A stretch of DNA of 64,000 nt, taken from IMG/VR virus record IMGVR_UViG_3300008110_000030, positions 150,618-214,617 of that record, one strand, 5' to 3'. Within the stretch, counting starts at the first letter, position 1; every line of letters begins with the position of its first letter. A program made the translations under genes and the position numbers. The notes beneath the pieces were generated by a model that was not told where the DNA came from, made no database searches, and worked only from the letters and a program-made list of their open reading frames with translations. Below are positions 48,693 through 62,100 of this stretch, piece after piece.

Positions 48693-51600
48693 ATGGCTGT
48701 TGGTCGAATTTCCGGTCCGCTCTTAAAAGCAAATCTGCTTCGTAATGGGGTTGATCTGGCTTTTGAGACAGACTTATTATACTTAGATGTTAACAATCTC
48801 CGAGTTGGTGTTAAGACTAACAACCCAAGCCACGATTTACACGTAAACGGTACCACACGAACAACCACATTAGAAGTAACAAACCAATTAGACATTGGTG
48901 AAATCACTGTTACCAATAATACAATTAGCACATCTGCTAGCCAACTAACACTTAATCCTGCAGGGTTAAATCCAGTAGTTTATCAACAAAAAATTGTCGT
49001 TGATGATTTAGACATTGAAAACAATTCCATAACAGCCAATGTTGCAAATACTGACATTGAGCTAACTGCTAGCGGCACTGGACGAGTTGTAGTGTTTTCC
49101 AACACATTAGTCAACGGTGATTTACATGCCACTGGAACAATTACTGCTGATGGCGATATTCAACTTGGTGATGCTAACACTGACAATGTTGTATTCAATG
49201 CTGATGTTGACAGTGATATTATTCCTAATCTAAACATACAATATGATTTAGGTTCAACATCGAAGCGTTGGAAAGACTTATGGGCAAATGACATTCAAGT
49301 TGCCAATTTAGATATCTCAAGCAGTTTTTTACTTGATGGTGTAGACTTAACTTTACGTCCAGGAAATACTTTTTACGTTTCTGAAAACGGAAGTAATAGT
49401 AGATCAGGTACGCATCAAAATGACCCATTCTTAACAGTAAAACATGCTCTAAGCGTGGCAACTGCTGGCGACACAGTTTACATCTATTCTGGAACATACA
49501 CTGAAATCATGCCATTAACTGTGCCTGCAGGCGTTGCAATTAAGGGTGCAGGTATACGAGCAGTAACTATACAGCCAACAGTTGGAACTATCAGTAACGA
49601 TGTATTTTTGCTAAATGGCGAAACTACTATAGAAGATTTGACCGTTACTGGATTTAGATATAATAGTGTAGCAAATACTGGACACGCATTTAGATTTGCT
49701 AACAATTTTACAGTTACATCAAGAAGTCCATATATCAAAAATGTCAGTGTAATTACAACCGGCTCTACTACTTCAGTCAGCGACCCAAGAGGTTTTAACG
49801 CTGGTGATGCTGGTCGAGGTGCATACTTAGATGGCAGTGTTGCTAACGCATCAAGCAGAGAAGCCGCAATGCTTTTCCATAGTGCAACTTTTATCACACC
49901 TGGAGTGGATGCAATTACAGCAATCAACGGTGTAAGAGTTGAGTGGTTAAACTGTTTTACATATTTTGCTAACAGAGGATTTGTAGGTCTAAGCGGCTCT
50001 ACTGGATTTGCTGGCACGGGCAGTACACAACTAAGACTTGACGGTCTTACTGGAACACTTGCTACGGGACAGACTTTAACATATTATTCTACATTCCCAA
50101 CAGTGCTAGCCTCAGGCACAATTAGTAGTATTGCAAGTGATGGAAAAATTACTCTAACAGGTAAAGTTATTGGACTACAAACTGCTGTGGAGCGTGGCGG
50201 CAAAACATTAACAGCCGTAGGAAATGCTAAACTTACACAAAGCGTTAAAAAGTTTGGCACAGCAAGTTTGATACTAGACGGCACAGGCGACTACGTTACT
50301 GTGGCATCCAGCGATGATTTTGGGTTTGGTACAGGCAATTTTACTATAGAAGGGTGGTTCTATAAAAATACGGCCACACAGATGGTTCTCTTTGATATGA
50401 GAACAACATCGTCTCAGTCTTCAATTTATGTTGAATCAAACGCAGCCGGTAATTTACGATTATTTGTCAGCGGAGCATATAGATTAACATCAAGTAATGC
50501 TATGCCAACTGGCGAATGGACACACGTGGCTATATCTCGTGTCAGCGATGTAACAAGATTTTTTATTAATGGTGTTGTTTCAACTAACACTTATGCTGAT
50601 ACTAACGATTATGGTTCTGCAAAACCGCTAGTTCTAGGAGCAAGTTTTACAGGTACTACTGCTGTTAATGGATATATTGATGATTTTAGAGTCAGCAAAG
50701 GCATTGGAAGATACACAACAACATTCACTGCGCCAACAAGTATACATCCTAACGATAGCAACACAAAACTTTTAGCAAGATTTGATGGTGCAAATAATTC
50801 TACATCATTCACAGATGAAACACTACTAATTCAAGACATTAGAAGTAGTGGAGGAGCTACTGCTTCTAAGATTACATTGGTAGATCATAGCGATTTTGGA
50901 GTAGAAGTTCGTAGTATTGGCAGTGCAAATGTCTATGGTAATTACGGCGCAGTTGGTGACGGTGTTGGCGTAATCATGTATCTAATAGGGCACAACATGG
51001 CCTACATTGGTACTGGACTACGAAGTGACAATGATGTTACCTATGTTAATCAACCAAACGAAGTAGTTGAAACAAACGGCGCAAAAATTTATTATAGTAG
51101 TGTTGACCATAAGGGCGACTTTAGAGTTGGAGATTTATTTTATGTTAATCAACAGACTGGTGAAGTAACATTTACCAGTGCAAACTTCAACATCACCAGT
51201 ACTCAAGGTCTAACATTCACTAACGGTAGTAATGTCACATACATTGACGGCAATGAAATTGACACTGGCAACTTAAAATTAAGTGGTAACACTTTAGAAT
51301 CTGTTACTGGACCATTAAATCTTGCATCAGCCAATGATCAAATTAACTTATTAAACAACGTATCCATAGCAGGAAACTTGGATGTAGTTGGTAATGTTAC
51401 TATTGGTGGTAACATTATTCTTGGTGACGAGATCACTGACAGTATCAATTTTGTTGCAGGAATTAATAGTAATCTAATACCAAATATTACTAATACTTAC
51501 GATATTGGTACTACTGATTTACGTTGGAAAGACTTATACGCTAATAGAGCATTAGTTGGTAATATCAGTATTACTGGCAATCAAATAACGACAACCAATA

Positions 51601-52412
51601 CTAATGGAAATTTAGAATTAGTTGCTAACGGTACAGGTCATGTTGCCTTAGAAGGATTTGTAGTACAAGAAAATCAAATTAGTACCACTACTGGCGACAT
51701 GACATTACAGCCAAGCGGTACTGGTATAGTTGATATCAATTCTATAAAGAGTGTGGTAATACCAGTTGGCACTGAGATTGACAGACCAAGTGTACCACAA
51801 ACTGGTATGGTTCGTTTCAATACCACAATGGGTAGATTTGAAGGATACAACGGAACAAATTGGGTATTTTTAGATGGCGTAACTGATTTAGACGGAAATA
51901 CAAAAGTAACAGCAGAATTAACTCCAGGTGCGAATGACGATACAATACGTTTTTACACCAATGGTGTAGTTGTTGCTGATTTAAATTCTACTAGATTGAA
52001 TGTAACTAAGGTTGTAGTTGACGACATTGAAATAAATGGATCATCTATTACCAATACCGCTGGCGGCAACTTGTCATTACAAACAGCAGGCGCTGGTAAT
52101 GTTGTAGTTGAAAACTTCAACGTAAATGGCAGTTCCATTACAAACACAGTGTCAAATGCAGTAACAACACTTACTTCAACTGGTACTGGGTATGTTAGAA
52201 TTGCTGGTCAAGGCGGATTTGTTGTTCCTTCTGGTTTACAATCATTTAGACCCACACTGCCAGTAACTGGCATGATGAGATTTGATACTAGTTTAGGTCG
52301 TATGGAAGTTTACGATGGCACTGACTGGATTTCTGTTGCAGGAGCGGCAACTGGTGTGACAAGAGCAGAAGTAGAAGATTTAGCATTGCAATACGCAATT
52401 GCATTAGGATAA
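48693..52412 (+). CDS. Large virion fibre/spike protein with inserted LamG/ConA-like domain
   Basis: Same scaffold as the 984-aa protein plus KFGTASLILDGTGDY...FTIEGWFY...WTHVAISR...GYIDDFRVSKG. Confidence 0.8.
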   Translation: MAVGRISGPLLKANLLRNGVDLAFETDLLYLDVNNLRVGVKTNNPSHDLHVNGTTRTTTLEVTNQLDIGEITVTNNTISTSASQLTLNPAGLNPVVYQQKIVVDDLDIENNSITANVANTDIELTASGTGRVVVFSNTLVNGDLHATGTITADGDIQLGDANTDNVVFNADVDSDIIPNLNIQYDLGSTSKRWKDLWANDIQVANLDISSSFLLDGVDLTLRPGNTFYVSENGSNSRSGTHQNDPFLTVKHALSVATAGDTVYIYSGTYTEIMPLTVPAGVAIKGAGIRAVTIQPTVGTISNDVFLLNGETTIEDLTVTGFRYNSVANTGHAFRFANNFTVTSRSPYIKNVSVITTGSTTSVSDPRGFNAGDAGRGAYLDGSVANASSREAAMLFHSATFITPGVDAITAINGVRVEWLNCFTYFANRGFVGLSGSTGFAGTGSTQLRLDGLTGTLATGQTLTYYSTFPTVLASGTISSIASDGKITLTGKVIGLQTAVERGGKTLTAVGNAKLTQSVKKFGTASLILDGTGDYVTVASSDDFGFGTGNFTIEGWFYKNTATQMVLFDMRTTSSQSSIYVESNAAGNLRLFVSGAYRLTSSNAMPTGEWTHVAISRVSDVTRFFINGVVSTNTYADTNDYGSAKPLVLGASFTGTTAVNGYIDDFRVSKGIGRYTTTFTAPTSIHPNDSNTKLLARFDGANNSTSFTDETLLIQDIRSSGGATASKITLVDHSDFGVEVRSIGSANVYGNYGAVGDGVGVIMYLIGHNMAYIGTGLRSDNDVTYVNQPNEVVETNGAKIYYSSVDHKGDFRVGDLFYVNQQTGEVTFTSANFNITSTQGLTFTNGSNVTYIDGNEIDTGNLKLSGNTLESVTGPLNLASANDQINLLNNVSIAGNLDVVGNVTIGGNIILGDEITDSINFVAGINSNLIPNITNTYDIGTTDLRWKDLYANRALVGNISITGNQITTTNTNGNLELVANGTGHVALEGFVVQENQISTTTGDMTLQPSGTGIVDINSIKSVVIPVGTEIDRPSVPQTGMVRFNTTMGRFEGYNGTNWVFLDGVTDLDGNTKVTAELTPGANDDTIRFYTNGVVVADLNSTRLNVTKVVVDDIEINGSSITNTAGGNLSLQTAGAGNVVVENFNVNGSSITNTVSNAVTTLTSTGTGYVRIAGQGGFVVPSGLQSFRPTLPVTGMMRFDTSLGRMEVYDGTDWISVAGAATGVTRAEVEDLALQYAIALG

Positions 52413-52415
52413 AAA

Positions 52416-52745
52416 ATGGCAACGAATTTTAAAAACAAAGTATTAGCAGAAGTGGGAACAACTCCACAAGCGTTAGTGACTGCTGGATCAACAGCTAAAA
52501 TCACAGTTATTGGTTTAAGCATTACTAATATTACTGATGGTGTTGTACTAGCATCGTTACAATTAACAGATGATCTTGGAACTAGCGGATATTTTATTAG
52601 AAATGTACCAATTCCACCCAATCAAAGTTTACGTGTAGTTAATGGTGGTGAAAAATTAATTGTGGCACCATCTAATATTTTAACAGCGGTAGCAGATCAA
52701 GAAGATAGTCTTGATATCATTGCTAGTTTTGTTGAAATTACATAA
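52416..52745 (+). CDS. Small virion structural protein
   Basis: MATNFKN...VPIPPNQSL...GEKLIV; similar to the 44491 gene. Confidence 0.65.
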   Translation: MATNFKNKVLAEVGTTPQALVTAGSTAKITVIGLSITNITDGVVLASLQLTDDLGTSGYFIRNVPIPPNQSLRVVNGGEKLIVAPSNILTAVADQEDSLDIIASFVEIT

Positions 52746-52756
52746 GGAATAATGTT

Positions 52757-53122
52757 ATGGCACAAGTGAGTATAGGCAATTGGGAAGGAGATAGTCCACT
52801 AGGACCGTCAGAACAAAGATATTTCTATGCATTAAGAACTGACGATGAAGGTAATCTTTATTTTACTAGAATAGATCAGTGGACTGGAACAGATAGTGTT
52901 CAAATAAACAGACCAGGCGATGGGAATGATGATTTTGAAGGATTTGAAATTGGTATTGATCATTTTGATGGAAAAGACCCAGACACGCACGAGCGTCCTT
53001 TTCCTAATTTAGTATATGATCAATATAGATTTGACAGCAAATCAATATACTACTATCTAAATGCAGAAGGTGAATTAGTAGTTAGAATTAACAAGACTTA
53101 CACTTACCCCAGTGATGTGTAA
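52757..53122 (+). CDS. Hypothetical protein, probably virion-associated
   Basis: SD AAGGA; YFYALRTDDEGNLYF...YYYLNAEGELVVRIN; inside the structural cluster. Confidence 0.6.
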   Translation: MAQVSIGNWEGDSPLGPSEQRYFYALRTDDEGNLYFTRIDQWTGTDSVQINRPGDGNDDFEGFEIGIDHFDGKDPDTHERPFPNLVYDQYRFDSKSIYYYLNAEGELVVRINKTYTYPSDV

Positions 53123-53124
53123 GA

Positions 53125-53132
53125 TATAAATA
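53125..53132 (+). promoter_or_regulatory. Late promoter TATAAATA
   Basis: Exact T4 late consensus upstream of the 3381-aa gene. Confidence 0.75.
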
Positions 53133-53170
53133 TAGTAACACATTTTTAGAATGGATAAAAAGGAATAAAA

Positions 53171-56100
53171 ATGGCCGAATTTAAACTAGGTAGACTAAGA
53201 TTCGTATGGAAAGGCACATGGACTGCCACTACCGCATACGTAAAAGATGACATTGTTCGTCACGGTGGTAAAACATACGTTGCTAAAACAGCACATACAT
53301 CAGCATCAAATTTTTATACAGATTCAGATGCAAGCAGATGGGAACTAATGTCAGATGGTATTCAATGGATTAACACTCCTTGGACAGCCAGCACCGTCTA
53401 TAAAGAAGGTGACATAGTTCGCTATGGCGGGAAAGTTTATCTATGTATAGATGGTCATACTGCTAACGGAACACAAAACGGCGGATTTTATACAGATCTA
53501 GGAATCAACAAGTGGAGTTTATTTGTTGATGGAATTACTGCTGTTGGTGATTGGGCAGTTAGCACTTACTATAAGTTGGGCGACATTGCCAAATACAATG
53601 GTATTACTTATATTTGTGTACAGGCGCACACTTCTGCATCTTCAATTGCTAGTGGTCTAGAAGCAAACATTAATGATTGGGATGTCTTTGCTGAGGGTAT
53701 TAAATATCGAGGTGCTTGGTCAGGCACAACTCGTTACATTCTAAATGACGTTGTTAAATTTGGTGCTAGTTTATATATTTGCTCTCTGCCACACACTAGT
53801 ACTAGTGTATTTGAAGATAACAAATGGTTCCTATTCACTTCTGGATTTGAATTTGGCGGAACATGGTCTAATACAACAGAATACCAAATTGGTGATGTAG
53901 TTCGATATGGTGGTTATTTGTATGTAGCCATTTCTAGAAATACTGGTCAACTTCCAACAGGAACATCAGGTAACTGGTCATTGTTGTCCATGGCATACAG
54001 CACTAACGGAACATACAGTAACGTTGCTACATATAAGCCAGGTGAAGTTGTTAGACATGGTGGTAACACATTTGTTGCTAACCAAGAAATTGGCGTTGGT
54101 GAAACTCCAGTCAGCGATGTTGCCAAATGGGATCTTCTAGTTTCAGGTGTTCGTTGGACAGGCGACTGGACAGATACCCCAACTGAAGTAACTTATAAAA
54201 TCAACGATCTAGTAAAATATGTTGCTACAACGTATGTTTGCGTAACAGAACACGATCCTACAAGTTTGAATCGTCCTGATTTAGACGCACTTGGAACAAA
54301 TTGGATTCCTTTTGCAGAAGGCGCAGACGTTAACGTTATGGTTCGTCGTGGCGACTTGGTTACTCGTAATGCTATACAAAACATTCGACTACCAGTAGGT
54401 GACGCTGGACAAATTTTAAAAGTACAAAATAATGGTTTTGATTTAACATGGGGTAACGTTGGTAGTATTACCAACATTTATTACGTTAGTACTGAAGGTC
54501 TTGACGGCCCAACACGTGGTACCTCAATTGATCAACCATTTAGAACAATCAAGTATGCTTGTGATTTTGTAAGATTACAAAATCCTGCAACGTTTAATAA
54601 TCCAGCTGTTATTAACGTTAAGACTGGCGTATATGACGAAGTATTCCCAATTAGTCTTCCTAAATTTACTTCTCTTGTTGGTGATGAACTACGTATGAGT
54701 ATTGTTCAGCCAACACCTGCAACTAGTCACTTGGATAAGTTTAGAATGCGTGATAGTACAACTATTCGTAACTTTACTTTCCGTGGTGCTACTGGCGCAC
54801 CAGGAGGCGGATTTACTGAAGTTAATCAATACGGAACAAGAAGACCAACAGGTGGTGCATGGTGCTGTCTAGATCCAGGCACAGGTCCTAATGATGAATC
54901 CGCTTGGGTAGGTGCTCGTTCTCCATACATCCAAAACGTAACAACGTTTGGTGATAATTGCGTAGGGCAAAAGATTGACGGGGCATTACACAACGGTGGT
55001 AACAAATCTATTACATCAAACGACTTTACTCAGGTTATGAGTGATTCTATTGGTGCATGGTGTACTAACCAAGGTCGTGCAGAACTTGTTTCTGTGTTTA
55101 CATACTATAGCTACATTGGTTACTTGTGTGAAAACGGCGGTGTTATTCGTGCTACTAACGGTAACAACTCATATGGTACATATGGTTCTGTATCTGAAGG
55201 CGTTGACCCAACAGAAATTTCTCGTACTGCAACTGTAGACAACAGAAGATTAAATGCTATTGTTGACGTTACGCAAACAGACGGCGAAAGCGTTTTATAT
55301 TTAGAATACTTGAATGCTGGTGAAGACTATACTTCAGCAACTTATAATTTTACTGGATCAGGACTAAGTGCAAGTCTTAGTGCAACTGCTGATATTGCCA
55401 CAGGCGGTGTAGCAGAAGTTCGAGTACTAGCTGACGGTGACAGTTATGTTGGCGTACAAAATAACGCACAGTTAGGTGACACAACTTACATTAGGTTGGG
55501 GGCATCAGATATCCAAATTACAAACGGATATAACGGAATGCGTATTCTGTTAATTGACGGAACTGGAACTGGTCAGTATGCTTATATTAGTGCATTTGAT
55601 GGCGGTAGTAAAGACTTAACAGTTAACAAAGAAACATTCACACCATTGACAGTGACTGAAGTTGCTTCAACTGGTAATTTGTTTACTACAGCTGACACTA
55701 GCACCTTAACACTAAACATGCCAATTAATTTCCAAGGCAGTGTAGTAGGTAACGTGGTAGCAGATACTCTTTATTATGTTAAATCTATACCAAACGGTAC
55801 AACATTCACTGTTAGTGCAAGTATTAGTGGCGGCGTAGCTGGTACAGTATTCAACCCAGGAACTGCTACAGGTAATATGGTATTACATGCAGTTGGTTGG
55901 GACGTATTTGCTGACAATATTATAACACCTATTACTGGAGCAACACAAGCTAATCCAGTTGTAATCACTACAGGCACCCCACATGGACTGAAATCTACAT
56001 GGAACGCTAGAATTAGTGGTGTTACTGGTATGACTCAGTTGAACGGTAACACATACTACGTTGACGTTTTGTCAAGCACAACTTTTGCATTATATTCAGA

Positions 56101-59100
56101 TTTTGGTCTAACAACTACAATTAACGGAACAGCATATGGTGCATATTCCGCCGGTGGTTCAGTTAACGGCAAGCAAAGTATTGCTCCATTCCTAAACACA
56201 ACTACTAGATATGTAATTGAACCACGTCCAGTGTTCTCAACAGGTTCAGGCGCAAGTGCAACTCCTGTCAGAACATTAGGTATTGACACATTTACAATTG
56301 TTAATGGTGGTAAAGGATATACCGATGCACCTACTCCAATTATTGCAGGTCCAGACACTGTTGCAGATGCGGTTAATGCCTCAGCGACTGTTACTATCTC
56401 TGGCCCAGTAGACACCATAACTGTATATTCTAGAGGCGGCGGTTATACTAGCGCACCTACTTTACAATTTGTAGGTGGTGGTCTACCAACAGACTACAGT
56501 GACTTTGTAGCTGAAGCAGTTGTTGTATTAGGAGATGCAATATTTGTTCCAGGTACTTCAAGATTTTATGAAGTAACAGTTGCTGGAACACTTAGTCTAA
56601 CAGCACCAACACATACTAGCGGCACTTCTACTAACGGAACTGCTACTTTAAGATATTTAGGTAGAAGAGCTAGTGCTAATGCTAATATGACTAATATTAT
56701 TAAAACATTAGTCTTAAACAATGGCGGTGTTGGATATACTAGTACACCTAGCGTACAAGTAACTGGTGCTAGCGGAACAGGTGCAATTGTTTCCGCAACA
56801 ATCAGTCAAGTTATTAATGAAATTACTCTTGACATTCCTGGTGCTGGTTATAATACAGCGCCTACAGTCACTTTGGTTGGTGGAGATCCTTTAGAATTTG
56901 CAACAGCGGTTGCAGTTTTAGATGCAACACTAACTGATGTTACAATTGTTGAAGGTGGTAACGGATACGTTCCTGCGTCAACAACAGTGACTGTATCTGC
57001 CCCACCAGCAGGCGGTACAACTGCAACTGCTGAAGCAGTAATTGACTTTGGTGCATACATTCCTGGTATTACCCCAGGAGCAGTTACTAGTATTAATATT
57101 CTAACCGCAGGTAGCGGCTATGCAACATCGCCATCAATTCTTATTAATGGTGTTGGTAGTGGAGCAAGTGCCCAAACAATTATTACTGGTATTATTGATA
57201 GAATTGATGTAACAAATCGCGGTAGAGGATATGAATCCACTCCAACAGTTAGTATTACTGGTGGTGGTGGTGGTGGCGCAAGTGCTACTGCTTCAAGAAC
57301 AGGTTCAGTTAACACTATTACAATTATTGATGGTGGTAGTGGATTTACAGGAAATCCTAGTTTAGAATTTATTGGCGGCGGCTTATCTAACGGAAGCCTA
57401 AATCATGCACAAGCTATAGTTTCAGCAATTGATTCAGTGGTTGCAACAGTCACACTTGTAGATGCTGGTGATAATTACACATCAAATCCTGCAATTTCTG
57501 TAACAGGTGGTGGCGGAACTGGACCAACCCTTAGAGCTAGAATTAATGGTCAAGTTAGAACTATTACCGTAACTGATCCAGGTAGTGATTATAGTGGTGT
57601 TGATGCTCCAGTTATTGCCTTTAGTGGTGGTAGAGTATATAAATCACCAGTAGCTGGTTTAAGATATTATACAAATGCCAGTGCGCTAACAGCAATTGGT
57701 ATTAGTCAATTAACACAAACTCTAGCAGGTATTGCTAGAGCAACTGTATTGGCTAAGAATGTTGTTGCTAACACAAACCCTGTAACTTCATATCAACAAG
57801 CGGTAACACGTACTGCTGGCGGCGTAGGATATACACAGCCAACAAATATTGGTTTTGCAATTGACAGTTGGATGAACGGTGTCTATTACACTATTGAAAA
57901 CGGTCAAAATCATGTTAATGCCGCAACAGTATTGCGACTAAACAGACGTTTTTTAAGAACAGACTCAATGCAGTTCTTAGCAACTAACTATCCAGCTGTA
58001 GCTGATGCAACTTGGAGTAGAGACATTGGTTTGATCGTTGATGCTATTGCAAAAGATATTGAAACTCGTGGAGTTGTTAATTCTTCTACAGTTGCAATTA
58101 AGCAAGCATTTATATCAGCTAGAGCTTCTGAACCACTAGCAGTGGCAGGACTTATGGATTTCTTAAGAGATAGTATTGTTAGTATTGTTCAAAACATAGT
58201 ATTAACTCCTCAAATTGATGGAACTACTACTTGGGAAGGTTTATGGGTTGACGCCAAGAGCTATCAGACCAATGACGTTGTATTCTTTGCAGGAAAAACA
58301 TACACTGCTCTAAGTACCCATTTCTCTAACACATTGTTCAGTGTTGATTTGGCAGCAGGTCGCTGGGTTGAAAATACCAATGGACAACAAACATTAGATC
58401 TTCCACTAGAACCAGGTGCTATAACTGCTACTGAAAATTTAGGAAACTACATCAAGGGTATATTACAATATGCTCCTGCTAACGCATCTTGGACAGCGGC
58501 AGCAACATTGTTGACAAGTAACCAATCCTATATTAAAGCAGAAGTTATTGCTTATATAAACAATACATTTGAAGATTTCGTTTACAACCAAGCATTGTGC
58601 GCCCGTGACATTGGATTTATTTTAGATGCAGTGGCCTATGACTTACTCAATGCTCTAATAGCAGAAGCAACTGCAACTGCTACTACAACTGGTGTTATAT
58701 CAAAACTTACAGTTGTTAATGGCGGTGAAGGTTATAGCGGTGGTGTACAAATTGCAATGGCAGGTGGTGGCTCAAGTGGAGCACCTACAGTTAATGCAAC
58801 GGCTACCGCTATTAGGAATCCGTTAACTGGTGCAATTACTGGCTTTACAATGACTAACAAAGGTAAAGGATATGCTTCTTTACCAAGCGTGACTATTACT
58901 CCTGATACAGGAAGTGGTGTAGTTGCTAGAAGTCGTGTGGTTGGTGGTAACGTAAGTAAAGTTAACATTATTCACCCAGGTAGCGGCTATACTTCAGGAC
59001 CATTCTTAAGATTGATTGATCCAAACAACAGTGGCGATGCTGCCTTCCAAGTACGTGTTGCAGACGGTGTATTAAAACAACCTAGATTTACAGGTAGAGG

Positions 59101-62100
59101 AACAGGATTCTTGACCGCTGCCGTTGAAATTAGTGGTGACGGATTTGCTGAAATTACACAAACAGGTAGCTTTATCTATGTTAAGAATTTAACAAATATT
59201 CCTACCCCAGGTGCAAACATACAGTTTGAAGATAATGACACGTTCTATAAATTAGTTACAGTTCGTGAAGTTATTGGACCACAAGGTACAATTAATGCTA
59301 GAGCAATTTTACTAGCCAACAAAGCATTTGTACAAGCAGAAGTTATTAGCTATCTAGATAACTTTACTTTTGACAGTGTAAAATGCTCACGAGATATTGG
59401 TTATATTATTGACGCATTGGCTGATGACTCGTTAACTGGTTCTAACCAAAGATTGTTAGCAGTTAGATGGCAATATGCTAGAGGATTATACACTACATTT
59501 GATCGTCAAAGAATGCAAACAGCTTATGTATTAGAATATTTGCAGACAGAAATTAACCAATTATTCAACTATGCTGATAATGATATTTCAAGTACGCTGA
59601 ATGATTTGATTGAATGGATTAAGAACGAAGAATATTATAAAGATATTAAAGTTCCTCTAAATCCACCTATTGGATATGACGCAGAAAATGATGCTGGATC
59701 TACAGTATTAACTGCTAACCGTGAATTTATTGCAGGTAATGCATTAAGAAGATTTATTAATAATGCTCCTGCTGGTTCTTATACAGTTAATAATAACATT
59801 TGGTTACAAGAATTTAGACAAGTAGTTGACAGTATTGCATACGACTTGATGTATACTGGAAATCAACAAGTTATTGAACATAGCTCAACTTTTTACAGTG
59901 GAGTGAATTTTATCCTTGCTGGTTATACAGGCGATACAAGTGTAGTAAAAGCTGAGTTTGTAAACACATTAACTTATATCAAAACATTAGTACAAGATGT
60001 TGTACAAAACAACGTAGTAGCAGTACTACAGTCTGGTTATACAGTTAGCGGTACAGTTGCAGTAGTTAATGCATCAACTGGTGTTGTAACAGGTCCTGCA
60101 CAAGATAGATCCTTAAGTGCAGGTGATACTGGTACTGCATTCCGTGTAGGCGGCTTATGCGACGAGTTTATTTCAATTATCAATAACAGCCCAACAACTA
60201 TTGGGGTAACTGTTACTGCGACTGCAACTTCCTTTGCTGGATTTGCTAGTGGTGAAGTTGCTAAGAGAACTAAACTATTAAATGCTAAACCAACATTGCG
60301 TACTCAAGCAACAACTTGGATGACTGACAAGTTTGTTAATTTTGAATATGATCAAGACAAATGTTCAAGAGACGTTGGAATCATTGTACAAGCAATTGCT
60401 GACGACATATATGGTGACGTAGCTAAGTCTGTTGAAGCAGGTCAGCGTTATTATGCGGCCACTGCGGCACTTGTAATTAGTGCGCAAAAGCCACAGACTA
60501 TTGCAGCCATTAATTGGATTGGTGAAGTTGTACAACGTGTGACTAACAACGTTACATGGGTAAGAACACAAAACCGTGTGTTCCAAGAACGATTCCCAAG
60601 TTTAACTGGCATGAGCGAAGCATTGCCAGTACTACAAGAACGTGTAAACATTATTAAACGAATTGTTGAATATGGCGCATTCTTTGACCAAGTTAAACAG
60701 ATTCTTTTAGATAATAAGACATACATACAGGCTGAGGTAGTAAGTTTTGTTGATGCCACTTATGAGAACTTGAATTATAGTAGATCATTATGTTCTAGAG
60801 ATGCAGGATTAATTGTTGATGCCTTGATATACGACGTATATGGTGGGTTAAGCAGAAGTCGTGAAGCTGGTTTACGTTACTACCAAAGTGCTAGTGCGTT
60901 AGCCGCTATTACTGGAGATCAACTAACTCCAACAACAACTGCAATTAACTATCTAAGACAATTAGCACAAGCGGTAATTATAAATCAAAATCCGTCAGTG
61001 CAATTCCAAGAAAATACTTTAAGAACAAGTATCAATACAAACACAGGATCAGTTGCGTTCGTAGCAGTTACACCTGGATCTAATTACAGCCAAGGCACAA
61101 CTATCACAACTGCTACTGGTGGTAGCGGATCAATAACTGGCGAAATTGACGCAGTTATTGATGTTGCTACTGGCAGTATCGTTGAAGCAACAGTTGTTAA
61201 CGGTGGTTCAGGATTTAACAATGCGCCAAGTTTGACAATAACAAAACCTACTGCCGCAAGTAAAACTTATGTAAGTATTGTAGGAACAACACTGACATTG
61301 AGTGATACCGTTGGAATATTTGTTGGTATGGAAGTTAGTGGTACTGGATTTACTAGCAACCAGCGTGTAGTGTCTATTAACAGTAACGGAATTGCAGTTG
61401 AACTTAGTGCAACTTCTGATGCTACTCCTGCAGGAAATATTACATTTACTGATATTGGTAGCGGAGCAAGTGCAACTGCTATCTTAGGAGTTGCTTATGA
61501 CCCAGCCAAAGTTGCAGATCTATTAGTTGATGAAAAAATTGACGAAGGAACAGCAGCCTTGTTGGCAGTGATTGAGGGCGGTCCAAGTGTATTGCCTGCT
61601 GGTAGATATGCGGCTCGCTTACAAGTTAGTCCAGAAATTCCAATTCAAATTAGTCCTCCACATGACACTAACACTGTGGTACGTAGTAAGTACTCACAAG
61701 TTCGTTTAACTGGTCACGACTTCTTGAATATTGGTACAGGTAATAAGAACGACACTAACTATCCAGGTATTCCATTAAATGCTCCAGATCAAGCTAACGA
61801 AGTTGTTGAAGTTGGCGGTGGTCGTGTATTCTACACTTCAACTGACCAAGACGGTAACTTTAGAGTTGGTGAACTATTCCGCGTTGAACAGTCCACTGGT
61901 ATTGCTACATTGAATGCTGATGCGTTTAACTTGAGTGGTTTGAACGAACTATCACTTGGTGGTGTTACACTTGGTGGATCAGGCGCTGTTATTCGTGAAT
62001 TCTCAACAGACAGTACTTTCTTTGCTAACAGTGACAACATTGTTCCAACACAGAAAGCGATTAAGACTTACATCCAAAGCGCATTAGGTTCTGGTGGTGG

